Assembly: GCA_012960845.1 (NCBI GenBank)
Contig: DUAN01000189.1
Coordinates: forward strand, 2,942 to 66,941
Length of the DNA: 64,000 nucleotides
Direction of reading: 5' to 3'
Origin: Planctomycetota bacterium
Lineage (GTDB): Bacteria > Planctomycetota > UBA8108 > UBA1146
The translations under genes were made by a program, and so were the position numbers. Below are positions 54,459 to 63,444 of the stretch, piece after piece. Position 1 is the stretch's first letter. Each line of letters starts with the position of its first letter. A model generated the notes under the pieces. It had not been told where the DNA came from and did no database searches. It saw only the letters and a list, made by a program, of their open reading frames with translations.

Positions 54459-55361
54459 TTACCCGGGTTTGACCTGCGGCGGATCGGGGTCCAGCGTAGA
54501 GATGGCCGCATCCACGATCCGCAGCAATCGTCCGCGCGATCTGCGCCCCGTCTCCATCACCTCTTCATGACTCAGCGGCTGCCCCGACATCCCCGCCGCC
54601 AGGTTGGTCACCAGCGAAAATCCTTGTACACGAAGGCGGCAATCCACCGCCACCATCGCTTCCTGGATGGTCGACATGCCGACCAGGTCTGCGCCGAGTT
54701 TGCGCAGCATCCGCACCTCCGCAGGGGTCTCGTAGGTGGGTCCTGGCAGACCTGCGTAATTTCCACGGGGGAAGCCATCGCTCGCTCCAGCATCGGAATC
54801 GTTGCGATAGCACAACTCGGTTCGATCGATCCAGTGCTGGTCGAAGAGACTGGCCTGCTGGCGGATCCGCGAGGCGGCCTCGATTCCCATCCTCGGTGTC
54901 ACCCCCTGCAGGTTGATATGATCCTCGATGGCGACCACTTCTCCGGGACTCCAGCCCTCACGGATGCCACCGGCGGCATTGGTCAGGATCAATCCTCGGG
55001 CACCGAGGGCTGCGAGTACGCGGATTCCCCGCACCACCTCTTCCACATCGTATCCCTCATACAGATGAACCCGGCCACCGAGCAGAAGTATCGTCGATCC
55101 TCCGACCTCGCCGAGGATCCACTCACCCCCATGCCCGGCCACCGAGGGAGCTGGCATCCCGGGAATGTCGCGAACTGCAATGCGGCAATATTCAGTCCAG
55201 CCATCGGCGGGAAACTGGATCCCGGAACCGAGCACGATCCCCACATCGGGACCGACTTCCGACCAGTCCTGCTCGCCATCGTGCGTCAGTTCGTGCGCCA
55301 ACTCGCACCACTGATCGCGAATCCATCGACAAGCCGCCTCGACATCGAATCGTTCCGTCAT
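54459..55361 (-). CDS. punA: Purine-nucleoside phosphorylase (trimeric NP-I type)
   Basis: IVLGSG, VAGHGG, GRVHLYEG, TNAAGG, DHIN, GPTYETPAE, GADLVGMST, VTNLAAG, LSHEEV; ATG 55361 overlaps the upstream stop (ATGA). Confidence 0.93.
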   Translation of the reverse strand: MTERFDVEAACRWIRDQWCELAHELTHDGEQDWSEVGPDVGIVLGSGIQFPADGWTEYCRIAVRDIPGMPAPSVAGHGGEWILGEVGGSTILLLGGRVHLYEGYDVEEVVRGIRVLAALGARGLILTNAAGGIREGWSPGEVVAIEDHINLQGVTPRMGIEAASRIRQQASLFDQHWIDRTELCYRNDSDAGASDGFPRGNYAGLPGPTYETPAEVRMLRKLGADLVGMSTIQEAMVAVDCRLRVQGFSLVTNLAAGMSGQPLSHEEVMETGRRSRGRLLRIVDAAISTLDPDPPQVKPG

Positions 55362-58168
55362 TGCATGACGATTCCGGCAACGCAACCTGTCATCAGCGCC
55401 GCGACGGTGCCCCCGACCAGTGCTCTCAATCCCAAGGAGGAGAGTCGCGGTCGCAAGGAAGGCTCGAGCGACGAGATTCCACCGATCTGGATCGCCACAC
55501 TGGCAAAATTGGCGAAGCCACAGAGGGCATAGGTGGTGATGGCGCGAGAGCGATCACTGAGAGTGTCGACCCCGGAGAGTTCGATAAAGGCCACGAACTC
55601 GTTGAGCACCGTCTTCATTCCGATCAGCGAAGCGACCGCTGGCACATCCTTGAAGTCGACCCCCAGCAACCAGGCAAATGGATAGAAGATCCAACCGAAG
55701 ACATCTTGCAGGTTGAAGTAGGGTGATTCCGCCAGCACGGCGTGATCTCCCTGGCTCACCATATTTACCAAGGAGAGTGCCCAGTAGGAGATGTGCTGGG
55801 TCAACCAGGCGAGCGACGCATTGGCCAGTGCCACGATGGCCACGAATGCGATCAACATCGCGATGACATTGAGTGCCAGGATCAACCCTTCACTGGTTCC
55901 TCGACAGGCAGCATCGAGCAGATTGGAGTCGGAACGGTGGATCTCCAGTTTGGCTGCAGTGGGGTCACCTAGTTCCTTCTTCTCGGGGACCATCAACTTG
56001 GCCGCCACCAAGGCCGCAGGCGCCGACATGAAACTGGCCGCCAGCAGGTGACCGGCGTCAATTCCAAGACTGACATAGGCGGCAAAGACACTCCCCGCCA
56101 CGGTCGCCATACCTCCTGTCATCAATGCCATCACCTCGGAGTTGGTCATCTTTTTCAGGTAGGGACGGATCACCAGTGGCGCCTCGGTCTGTCCGGCGAA
56201 GATGTTGGCCGCAGCGGCGAGAGATTCAGGACCACTGGTCTTCATCGTCATCTGCATCAAACGAGCGATCAGCCACACGACGATCTGCAGCAATCCGATG
56301 TGATAGAAGATCGCCATCAATGCCGAGACGAAGATGATGGTCCCGAGCAAGACGATCCACAGCTGGAATCCAACACCGGTCGCCGACGACAAGGTGCCGA
56401 AGACCATGGCGGTCCCGACCTGGGAGAAGTCGAGGATCCCCTGAAAGATCTCCTTGGCAGCAGAGGTGAAGGAAGTGCCCCAATCGGTTCGCAGGATCAC
56501 CAACGCCAGCAGCAGTTGCAGCCCCACCCCCCAGTACACCGTACGCCAGCGAACTTCATTACGACGGGTCGAAATCGCCCAGCAGAGTGTGACCAGAACC
56601 AGCAGGCCCAGCAGACTGCGGGCACGATCGAGCCAGTGGGCCCCCCCTGCTCCATCGGCCGATGATGAGAGGTAAACCTCCTCCTGGATGGAGGCATAGA
56701 TCCGATCGGCGGAGTCCGCCTTCTCCAGCGCCCGCTCGGTCGCTTCCAGCACCGACAATCCACCATCCTCCCTGGGAGCGGCCGCTAGCAGATCCCAGCC
56801 ATCCCCGCCGCTGGCAAGGTAATCGTTGGTGGCGATGCGAAATTGCTGTTGATCGGTAATCGGGGCGCCCTGGAGAAGGATCTGTTCGACTTCGACCGGA
56901 CCTCCGTCCGCCTCCGCCACCTGCACCCGAATGCCGTGGAAGTCGACTCCTCTTCCCTCGGTGGTGAGCGACTGGACGACCAGTTGCTTCAACTGCTTGC
57001 CGGTCAAGGTCACCACGGTCACGCGATTGCCAAAGGGCGAGATCTCGAAGAGATCGCGGTACAGCACCTCTCCAGAAGGCAAGTCGTCACGGATTCCACC
57101 ATGATTGTGGAAGGATGCGGAGACACCTGCCGCTTCCGCCATCGAATCACAGATCCAGCGACCCAGTGGCGAGGAGAACGCTCCACTCTCCTTGTGCCCC
57201 CCACTGTGTAAAGCCTCCGGGGATTCTCCCACCTTGCGATTCATCTTCTCGCCGACCGTGGCATTCACCGCAGCGAGCAGAGATTTCAATTTCGGATCGG
57301 TCGCAACGGAGAGGGCTTCGACAGCCACCACCGACGTGGAAACGGTGACGGACTTGCCCTTGCGTGAGAATTCGATGCGCCCGAGATGGCGAGTCTTGGC
57401 TCCGACCTGGGCTACCACCGTGCCATGCACTGGTTCCACCCATGGTGGATCGACCAGGGTATGGGAGTGCCCGCCGACGATGAGGTCGATACCCTCGACT
57501 TCTCCGGCGAGCGGTCTTTCCAGCTTCACTCCGCTATGAGAGAGCACCACCAGCAGATCGGCGCCCTGTTGCCGGAGGCGATCTCTCGCCTTTCTCACCG
57601 CGTCGGCCAGCGGCGCCACCTGTAACTTTTTGCCCACCGCAGGAGCGATGATGTTGGGCGCATCCGGTGTCAAGATTCCGATCAACCCGACCCGAAAGCC
57701 ACCGCGCTCGATGATGTGGTCGCGCAGTAGCACCTGTTGAAGGCGTCCCGAAGACTCGGTCACATTCGATGCGATCACCGGAATGGACGTGGCATTGATC
57801 AGATTCAGCAAATTGTCGATGCCATAATCGAAATCGTGGTTGCCCAGGGTCGTGGCATCGAACTGGAGGCACTCCATCGCTCGGATCATCTGAAGGCCGC
57901 CGTCGCTGGCGCCTTCTGGAGTACCCTGGAACCAGTCGCCAGCGTCGAGCAGCAATACATTCTCGCTACCCACCTCATCGCGTACCGACGAGACCAGTTG
58001 GCTCAACCCGGCCATTCCACCACTGAGATTCTCGCCACTTTTTCGAGGGAGCAACTGTCCATGCATGTCGTTGACGTGCAGTACCACCAGATGATCATCG
58101 GCCTGAACAAATACAGCGCACCAGAGACTGATCAGCACCAGCCAGCCTTGAATCGATCGCAAGATCAT
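55358..58168 (-). CDS. Fusion: exported 5'-nucleotidase (UshA-type, ~aa 24-500) + NupC/CNT nucleoside transporter (~aa 515-936)
   Basis: Signal peptide (VQA-D); NDMHG, DAGDWFQGT, LGNHDFD, LSHSG, GGHSH, GGIR, PFGN, TNDYLASGGDG; then CNT motifs VRWRTV..GVGLQ, ES..AAANIFAGQTEAPL.IRPYL, MTGGMATVAGSV, KTVLNEFVAF, YALCGFANF.S.AIQIGG. Confidence 0.93.
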   Translation of the reverse strand: MILRSIQGWLVLISLWCAVFVQADDHLVVLHVNDMHGQLLPRKSGENLSGGMAGLSQLVSSVRDEVGSENVLLLDAGDWFQGTPEGASDGGLQMIRAMECLQFDATTLGNHDFDYGIDNLLNLINATSIPVIASNVTESSGRLQQVLLRDHIIERGGFRVGLIGILTPDAPNIIAPAVGKKLQVAPLADAVRKARDRLRQQGADLLVVLSHSGVKLERPLAGEVEGIDLIVGGHSHTLVDPPWVEPVHGTVVAQVGAKTRHLGRIEFSRKGKSVTVSTSVVAVEALSVATDPKLKSLLAAVNATVGEKMNRKVGESPEALHSGGHKESGAFSSPLGRWICDSMAEAAGVSASFHNHGGIRDDLPSGEVLYRDLFEISPFGNRVTVVTLTGKQLKQLVVQSLTTEGRGVDFHGIRVQVAEADGGPVEVEQILLQGAPITDQQQFRIATNDYLASGGDGWDLLAAAPREDGGLSVLEATERALEKADSADRIYASIQEEVYLSSSADGAGGAHWLDRARSLLGLLVLVTLCWAISTRRNEVRWRTVYWGVGLQLLLALVILRTDWGTSFTSAAKEIFQGILDFSQVGTAMVFGTLSSATGVGFQLWIVLLGTIIFVSALMAIFYHIGLLQIVVWLIARLMQMTMKTSGPESLAAAANIFAGQTEAPLVIRPYLKKMTNSEVMALMTGGMATVAGSVFAAYVSLGIDAGHLLAASFMSAPAALVAAKLMVPEKKELGDPTAAKLEIHRSDSNLLDAACRGTSEGLILALNVIAMLIAFVAIVALANASLAWLTQHISYWALSLVNMVSQGDHAVLAESPYFNLQDVFGWIFYPFAWLLGVDFKDVPAVASLIGMKTVLNEFVAFIELSGVDTLSDRSRAITTYALCGFANFASVAIQIGGISSLEPSLRPRLSSLGLRALVGGTVAALMTGCVAGIVMQ

Positions 58169-58291
58169 GCCACCTCTATTTCCACCTGGAGAATTGCTGG
58201 AGAGGATAGCGGAACAATCCTCGTCTGGACAGCGGGAGCCCTTGCAACCGACCCCTGCTTTCCTTCATGATCTGAGCAAAGGAGAGTCATC

Positions 58292-59695
58292 ATGGACCCA
58301 GTGGAACTTCCCGAGCGAATCTTCAGAACCTATGACATCCGTGGCATCGTTGGAGAAGACCTGACCGAGGAGATCGTCGAACGGATCGGACTCGGTCTGG
58401 GCCAATTACTCTCCTCCGAGGGGAGCCGCTCTGTCGCCGTCGGCCACGATATCCGCGATTCCAGTGCGCCCTTTGCCGCGCGAGTCCGAGATGGCCTGCT
58501 GAAAGCTGGACTCGATGTCATCGAGGTGGGAGAGGTTCCGACTCCCTTGCTCTACTGGGCGGTCCAGCACCTGGGTGCCGATGGTGGAGTGATGATCACC
58601 GGCAGCCACAATCCGGTCGAGTACAACGGACTGAAGATCACCCGCGGTGTGATGCCGATCTGGGGGGATGAACTGCAGACTCTTCGCAACATCGCCAACG
58701 CTGCTCGTGCGGTCGAGACTCCAGGCCAGGCGACTTCCGCCGAGGTGATCCAGCCTTACATCGCCAACCGGACCGAGCGCTTCCAGTTCCCCGACGGATT
58801 CAAGGTCGCCATCGATTGCGGCAATGGCACGGCAGGACCGGTCGCCATTCCACTCTTTGAAGCACTCGGGATCGAGGTGGACGCCCTTTACCCCGAGCCG
58901 GATGGTACCTTTCCCAATCACCTTCCCGACCCGGAAGTTCCTCGCTACATGAAGAACCTATGTGACAAGGTTGCGGCTGGAGATTTCCAGTGTGGCTTCG
59001 GCTTCGACGGTGACTCCGATCGAGTCGGAGTGATCGATGAGAAGGGCAGGAAAAGATCCGCTGACCATCTGCTGGTCGCCTTCGCTCGACACCTGCTCGC
59101 CCAGGTCCCCGGTGGCAAGATCATCTACGATGTCAAATGCTCCGACTACTTGCCCGAGCTGATCGAAAAAGCCGGAGGAGTACCGATACTCAGCAAAACG
59201 GGCCACTCCATCATCAAGGAAAAGATGAAGGAGACGGGAGCGATTCTCGCAGGCGAACTGTCGGGGCACATCTGTGTGAAACACGGTGGAGATGGCTTCG
59301 ATGACGCCTTCTTTGCCGCCTTACTGACACTCGAGATCATCGCTTCTCAGGGCGGCCAATGTTCCGACCTGTTCGACGGGATCCCCGAGATGGAGGCGAC
59401 CCCGGAGGTCAAGATTCCAGTCTCGGAAGCACACAAGTTCCAGGTGATCGCTGCGCTGGTTGAGCAATTCCGGGATGATTCCTGCGGCGGTACCCTGATC
59501 GATCTCGATGGAGTCCGGCTCTCCTTCGACGATGGTTGGATGTTGATCCGTGCATCCAATACGACGGCCAATTTGACGGTTCGAGTCGAAGGAGTCGACA
59601 ACGACGCACTGCAACGAATCGGGTCGATCGTCCGCCAGGCGCTCGAGTCGCACCCGGTCGATCTCGACCAGTTGACCGAGGCGCTCGAATCCTGA
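58292..59695 (+). CDS. Phosphomannomutase/phosphoglucomutase (AlgC-like alpha-D-phosphohexomutase)
   Basis: IFRTYDIRG, ITGSHNP (catalytic Ser), FPNHLPDP, FDGDSDR, GELSGH, LIRASNT; AAAGGAG RBS. Confidence 0.93.
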   Translation: MDPVELPERIFRTYDIRGIVGEDLTEEIVERIGLGLGQLLSSEGSRSVAVGHDIRDSSAPFAARVRDGLLKAGLDVIEVGEVPTPLLYWAVQHLGADGGVMITGSHNPVEYNGLKITRGVMPIWGDELQTLRNIANAARAVETPGQATSAEVIQPYIANRTERFQFPDGFKVAIDCGNGTAGPVAIPLFEALGIEVDALYPEPDGTFPNHLPDPEVPRYMKNLCDKVAAGDFQCGFGFDGDSDRVGVIDEKGRKRSADHLLVAFARHLLAQVPGGKIIYDVKCSDYLPELIEKAGGVPILSKTGHSIIKEKMKETGAILAGELSGHICVKHGGDGFDDAFFAALLTLEIIASQGGQCSDLFDGIPEMEATPEVKIPVSEAHKFQVIAALVEQFRDDSCGGTLIDLDGVRLSFDDGWMLIRASNTTANLTVRVEGVDNDALQRIGSIVRQALESHPVDLDQLTEALES

Positions 59696-59729
59696 CCCCA
59701 CCCCAGGGAATAGCGGGCCCCGCTCCAGT

Positions 59730-60662
59730 TCAGCGCTGGCCCGAGGTTTTTTGCTTTCGAGCCACTCGCCACTTCTGGAAGCACTCCCGCTGGTCGAAGA
59801 AGAGCCAGTCCCCCTGCCGGGTTCGCGCCCGGGCAGCGGATGCTTCTCGTTCGACTTGCTGACCACAGATCGGGCAATGGACGAAAGCACTCTCTTCCAG
59901 TTTCTCGCATCCAGCGGGGACATCGAACAAGGAAGCAGGCACCGATCGTCGATCCCATTGGGTGACCTTGAAGGTGAGTGGATGCGACAATGTCGCAGTC
60001 ACCACATGTATGACGCCCTCCAGAGGAAGCCCTTCGATCTTCTCCAGTGCGCCCTGGACCTCGGCTCCGAAAGCACCACTGGCGCGGTGAAACTTGGCCA
60101 GAGGAAAGGGCACCTCGAGGTCCGCCACCAGTAAATCAGTGATCAATCGATCATTTTCGTAGATCCGAACCGACCGAACCGGAAGGCCCAATCGCTGTTC
60201 AGTGGTTTCTGACTGCTCGACGCGAATTTCCCGGATCAGTTCGCCACTCTTCGACAGTCGCAGGTGGCTCGCCTTCAATAGTTGCTCTCGCTCGGCCGTG
60301 GGAAGAACTCTACTGCGCTGCTCCAGCTGTTTCTCCTGGATCCATCGATCCTTCTGGATCCGCCCGAGATCGGAGCTTTCCCGATAGACGGAACGGTCCG
60401 CGGAAATCTCTCTCAACAGCGGCTGATCCCCATCGAGACGCAAGATGGTGAGCAGGCCACGCTGCCGGTCTTCCAGCAGTACACGATCGGAAGCCAGCAC
60501 CATCTGCTGCATCTCTGTTTGCTGATCGGGACGACCGGGTCGTCCGGAGATTTCCTGCAAGATGATCATCGCCTCCAGGCGAGACGGGGTGGTCTCCGTT
60601 TCCTGAGGAACAGGATCCTGCGACAGGATCGACATCCATAGCGAAAGGGCTAGCAGATTCAT
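59730..60662 (-). CDS. Exported hypothetical protein (DUF4412-like) with C-terminal YHS/TRASH-like motif
   Basis: Signal-like N-terminus; IEGLPL...VPASLFDVPAG; C-terminal CPICGQQV...FFDQREC; ATGA overlap with the epimerase gene. Confidence 0.6.
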   Translation of the reverse strand: MNLLALSLWMSILSQDPVPQETETTPSRLEAMIILQEISGRPGRPDQQTEMQQMVLASDRVLLEDRQRGLLTILRLDGDQPLLREISADRSVYRESSDLGRIQKDRWIQEKQLEQRSRVLPTAEREQLLKASHLRLSKSGELIREIRVEQSETTEQRLGLPVRSVRIYENDRLITDLLVADLEVPFPLAKFHRASGAFGAEVQGALEKIEGLPLEGVIHVVTATLSHPLTFKVTQWDRRSVPASLFDVPAGCEKLEESAFVHCPICGQQVEREASAARARTRQGDWLFFDQRECFQKWRVARKQKTSGQR

Positions 60663-61792
60663 GTGCCATTCTCCTCGGCCAGTATTTTCCAGGACAGCGC
60701 CGGAAACGCATCGTTGCCAGGTGACAAATCGACACCGTGACCTGATCTCTGTTCATCCAGGGTAACGGATCCTCCATCGAATTCGATCCCACCGACAAAA
60801 GGATGCTCCCGGATGAACAGCGGTGTGTCGAGATCGATCCAGCGCACCCCACCGAGTCCCCGGGCCAGGTGTGCTGAGAAAGACATCGAGAGCAGTGACT
60901 CGACCATCCCGCCCATCATCAGCGAGATCCCTGCGGCGGTGGCGATCTGGTGGATTCGAATCGCTTCCAGCACGCCGCACTTCTGCGTCTTGATATTGAT
61001 GACATTGGCCAGTCGGTGCTGAACGATTCGCATCGCATCGGCAGCACTCTTGCACGATTCATCGGCACAGATCGCCACCTGACCGAGGGCGGTCAATCGA
61101 GCCATTCCCGCCTCGTCCTCCTGTGGCACCGGTTGTTCCAGCATATCGATCGGGATTCGCTCGGCGAGAGCCTTCTCGATCAGTTGCTGCGCCTCGGCCG
61201 CCTCGTAGCCACCGTTGGCATCGAGTACCAGTCCACAGTCGGGTGCCGCACGAGAGATCATCTCGAGTCGCTGCAGATCGTGATCGAGACCGTCGCGCCC
61301 CACCTTGATCTTGAGTGTCTTGAATCCAGCGGCGCTCGCTTCGCTGGCGGATCGAGACGCGTGGTCGAGATCTCCGGCGACGATGGTCAGATCGGTGACG
61401 AGAGAAGCGTTGGCTGAGCCAACAAAGCGATGGAGCGGACACTGCTGCTGACGAGTGAATCCATCGAGCGCCGCCATCTCGAGGGCACAAAGGGCGCTCG
61501 AGGAACCCGGAGCCGCCTCGATGGTGGTCTGTTGAATTTGATGAGAAAGGAGAGGGTCCAGTCCGATCAGAGCAGGTGCGGCTGTCGCCAATGCCTCCAG
61601 CGCTGCAGTCCGTGTCTGGCCATCGTAGGCGGGGAAGGGGGCCGCCTCACCAAGCCCCACCGTCCCATCCGACAGTTCCATTCGCACCAGGGTCAGATCG
61701 ACTCGACTCGATTCGCCACCAGAGATGGCGAATGGCTCCTTCAGTTGAAGATCGAGGGGAGCAGCCTCGATCTTGACGATGCGCCGGCTCAT
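60659..61792 (-). CDS. Dipeptide epimerase (L-Ala-D/L-Glu epimerase, enolase superfamily)
   Basis: LKEPFAIS, GLGEA, KTLKIKVG, DANGG, LEQP, ADES, INIK..K.G, GGMVES, DLD motif typical of dipeptide epimerases. Confidence 0.88.
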   Translation of the reverse strand: MSRRIVKIEAAPLDLQLKEPFAISGGESSRVDLTLVRMELSDGTVGLGEAAPFPAYDGQTRTAALEALATAAPALIGLDPLLSHQIQQTTIEAAPGSSSALCALEMAALDGFTRQQQCPLHRFVGSANASLVTDLTIVAGDLDHASRSASEASAAGFKTLKIKVGRDGLDHDLQRLEMISRAAPDCGLVLDANGGYEAAEAQQLIEKALAERIPIDMLEQPVPQEDEAGMARLTALGQVAICADESCKSAADAMRIVQHRLANVINIKTQKCGVLEAIRIHQIATAAGISLMMGGMVESLLSMSFSAHLARGLGGVRWIDLDTPLFIREHPFVGGIEFDGGSVTLDEQRSGHGVDLSPGNDAFPALSWKILAEENGT

Positions 61793-63030
61793 TGCGATAC
61801 CCAGGCCCCGTTCACCAGCAATGGCACCTCGTCGCCGGAAGTGGTGACAGCGGTCACATTTACCTCCTCGTTACTGATCATCATGTCGGTATGAGCGGTC
61901 GAAGAATTCCAACCGATCGCCTCCAACTGCTCGGGAGTCATCTCCACTCCACCTTCGAGACAGGTCTTGTAGGCATTGCCTACCGCAACATGACAGGCAG
62001 CATTCTCATCGAGCAGGATTTCGCGGAATACATGGCCGCTCTGAAATACCGGTGAATCGATACCCACCAGCGCCACCTCGCCCAGTCGCCTCGCCCCGGG
62101 ATCGCTGTCGATGTAGGAGCGGAAGGTCTCGCCACCATTCTGTGCGCTGAAGTCGCTCAGAACTCCATCTTTGAACTCGATGGTGAGCCCCTCCACCAGG
62201 GTCCCGTTGACCAGAAACGGTCTCGTCACCTGTGCGGTGCCCTCGGTCATGCGGTAATCGGGAGTGGTGAATACCTCTTCCGTGGGAAGATTGGGAATGA
62301 ACTCTTGACCTCTTTGACTGATGGCACCACCGCCTTCGAAGCGAGCGGCCTGCGAAAGCCCAACGGTCAGATCAGTTCCCGGCCCGTTGAACCGCAACCG
62401 TTCAATCTTCAGTTCATTGAGTGCTTTTCCACGACTCTTGAGCTGGCGATTGTGCTCTTCCCACGCGCCAAGACAATCTTCCCGATCAGCCCGTACGATG
62501 GTCAGGAGTTGTTTCCAGAGTTCGTCCCTGGCGGCAACTCCATCGAGATGATCGAAGATCGATTCCGCCCAGCCGATGGTCGCCGCAGAGGCGACACACC
62601 ATTGCACTGCAGATCTTCCAATTCCATCATCATAAAAGCGTGTAGCGGCCTTGTGCCCGGCGATACGACAGCGATTGATTCGATCCGCATCGAGACCAGA
62701 AAGAGCTTCAGGATCGGAAGTACCGACCAGCCGCAACATCGCTCCCTGCTCCTCCACCGCCTCATCAAAGCGGACCGGTAAACTGCGGGGAATATGGTCG
62801 AGGAACTCTTCCTGTTGCGAATGCAAGATGCGGGAGCGTTGGATCCGATCGTCTCCCAGGTCGACATGAACAAATCGTGCCCCCGCCTGGTAAGCCGCCT
62901 CCACCACCTTGATGGCAAAATCTCTCGATTCAGCGTCCGCACCCAGATAAAGCGATTGCCCCGGCTGGATGTTGCAGCCTTTTCGGATGATCAACTCGGC
63001 GTAACGTTCCAGGGCCACTTCATGGTTCAT
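61789..63030 (-). CDS. Aminopeptidase, peptidase M29 (AmpS/PepS-like)
   Basis: ATG 63030 after GGAGG; YAELI..GCNIQPGQ, GTDLTVGL, NLPTEEVFTTP, GARRLGEVALV, DENAACH.A.G, NSSTAHTDMM. Confidence 0.93.
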   Translation of the reverse strand: MNHEVALERYAELIIRKGCNIQPGQSLYLGADAESRDFAIKVVEAAYQAGARFVHVDLGDDRIQRSRILHSQQEEFLDHIPRSLPVRFDEAVEEQGAMLRLVGTSDPEALSGLDADRINRCRIAGHKAATRFYDDGIGRSAVQWCVASAATIGWAESIFDHLDGVAARDELWKQLLTIVRADREDCLGAWEEHNRQLKSRGKALNELKIERLRFNGPGTDLTVGLSQAARFEGGGAISQRGQEFIPNLPTEEVFTTPDYRMTEGTAQVTRPFLVNGTLVEGLTIEFKDGVLSDFSAQNGGETFRSYIDSDPGARRLGEVALVGIDSPVFQSGHVFREILLDENAACHVAVGNAYKTCLEGGVEMTPEQLEAIGWNSSTAHTDMMISNEEVNVTAVTTSGDEVPLLVNGAWVSQ

Positions 63031-63122
63031 TCGAAGACCTCCACTTTCCGGATTCAAAAAAGGTAACCGATGGTCTGCCCCAGCGGGAGGCTGCAAAAGA
63101 TAATGGACCAGGAGGTGAAGCA

Positions 63123-63145
63123 GCCGTGCAGCCTTGCTGCACGGC
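63123..63145 (-). terminator. Hairpin downstream of tRNA-Pro
   Basis: 10-bp stem GCCGTGCAGC-CTT-GCTGCACGGC; no clear U-tract. Confidence 0.45.
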
Positions 63146-63155
63146 CGAAGATTAT

Positions 63156-63232
63156 TGGTCGGGGTGAGAGGATTTGAACCTCCGGCCTCCACGTCCCGAA
63201 CGTGGCGCTCTACCAAACTGAGCCACACCCCG
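63156..63232 (-). tRNA. tRNA-Pro(CGG), CCA encoded
   Basis: Minus strand CGGGGTGTGGCTCAGTTTGGTAGAGCG-CCACG-TTCGGGA-CGTGG-AGGCCGGAGGTTCAAATCCTCTCACCCCGACCA. Confidence 0.97.
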
Positions 63233-63254
63233 ATTATTTCATCGCTGATCGTCT

Positions 63255-63270
63255 TGCAACGCTGGTGCCC
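63255..63270 (-). promoter_or_regulatory. Putative sigma54 (-24/-12) promoter upstream of tRNA-Pro
   Basis: Minus strand GGGCAC-CAGCG-TTGCA (exact GG-N10-GC spacing), 22 nt before the mature tRNA. Confidence 0.5.
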
Positions 63271-63444
63271 ACCGCAGTCGAAACAGGGCTGGCCAGGAAG
63301 GATACAGGGTGGTCACAGAAGGGTCAATCTGACCGTCAGCCTTGTTCAGGACAGGGCACCAACGGCTCGCGACGAGGCTTCACCGGCGATTCGCCGGGGC
63401 CACCTCGAAGGTTGCGAAGGGTTTTGGTGAGGATCGGCTGACGA

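Noticed and set aside
63031-63228. N-terminal extension of the aminopeptidase ORF
   Set aside because: Runs through tRNA-Pro; a GGAGG-preceded ATG at 63030 fits the family start.
7620-63232. Region between the two tRNAs as a genomic island or prophage
   Set aside because: No integrase, att-like tRNA duplication, transposase or capsid/terminase gene was seen, and it is full of core genes (holA, rpsO, pnp, rny).
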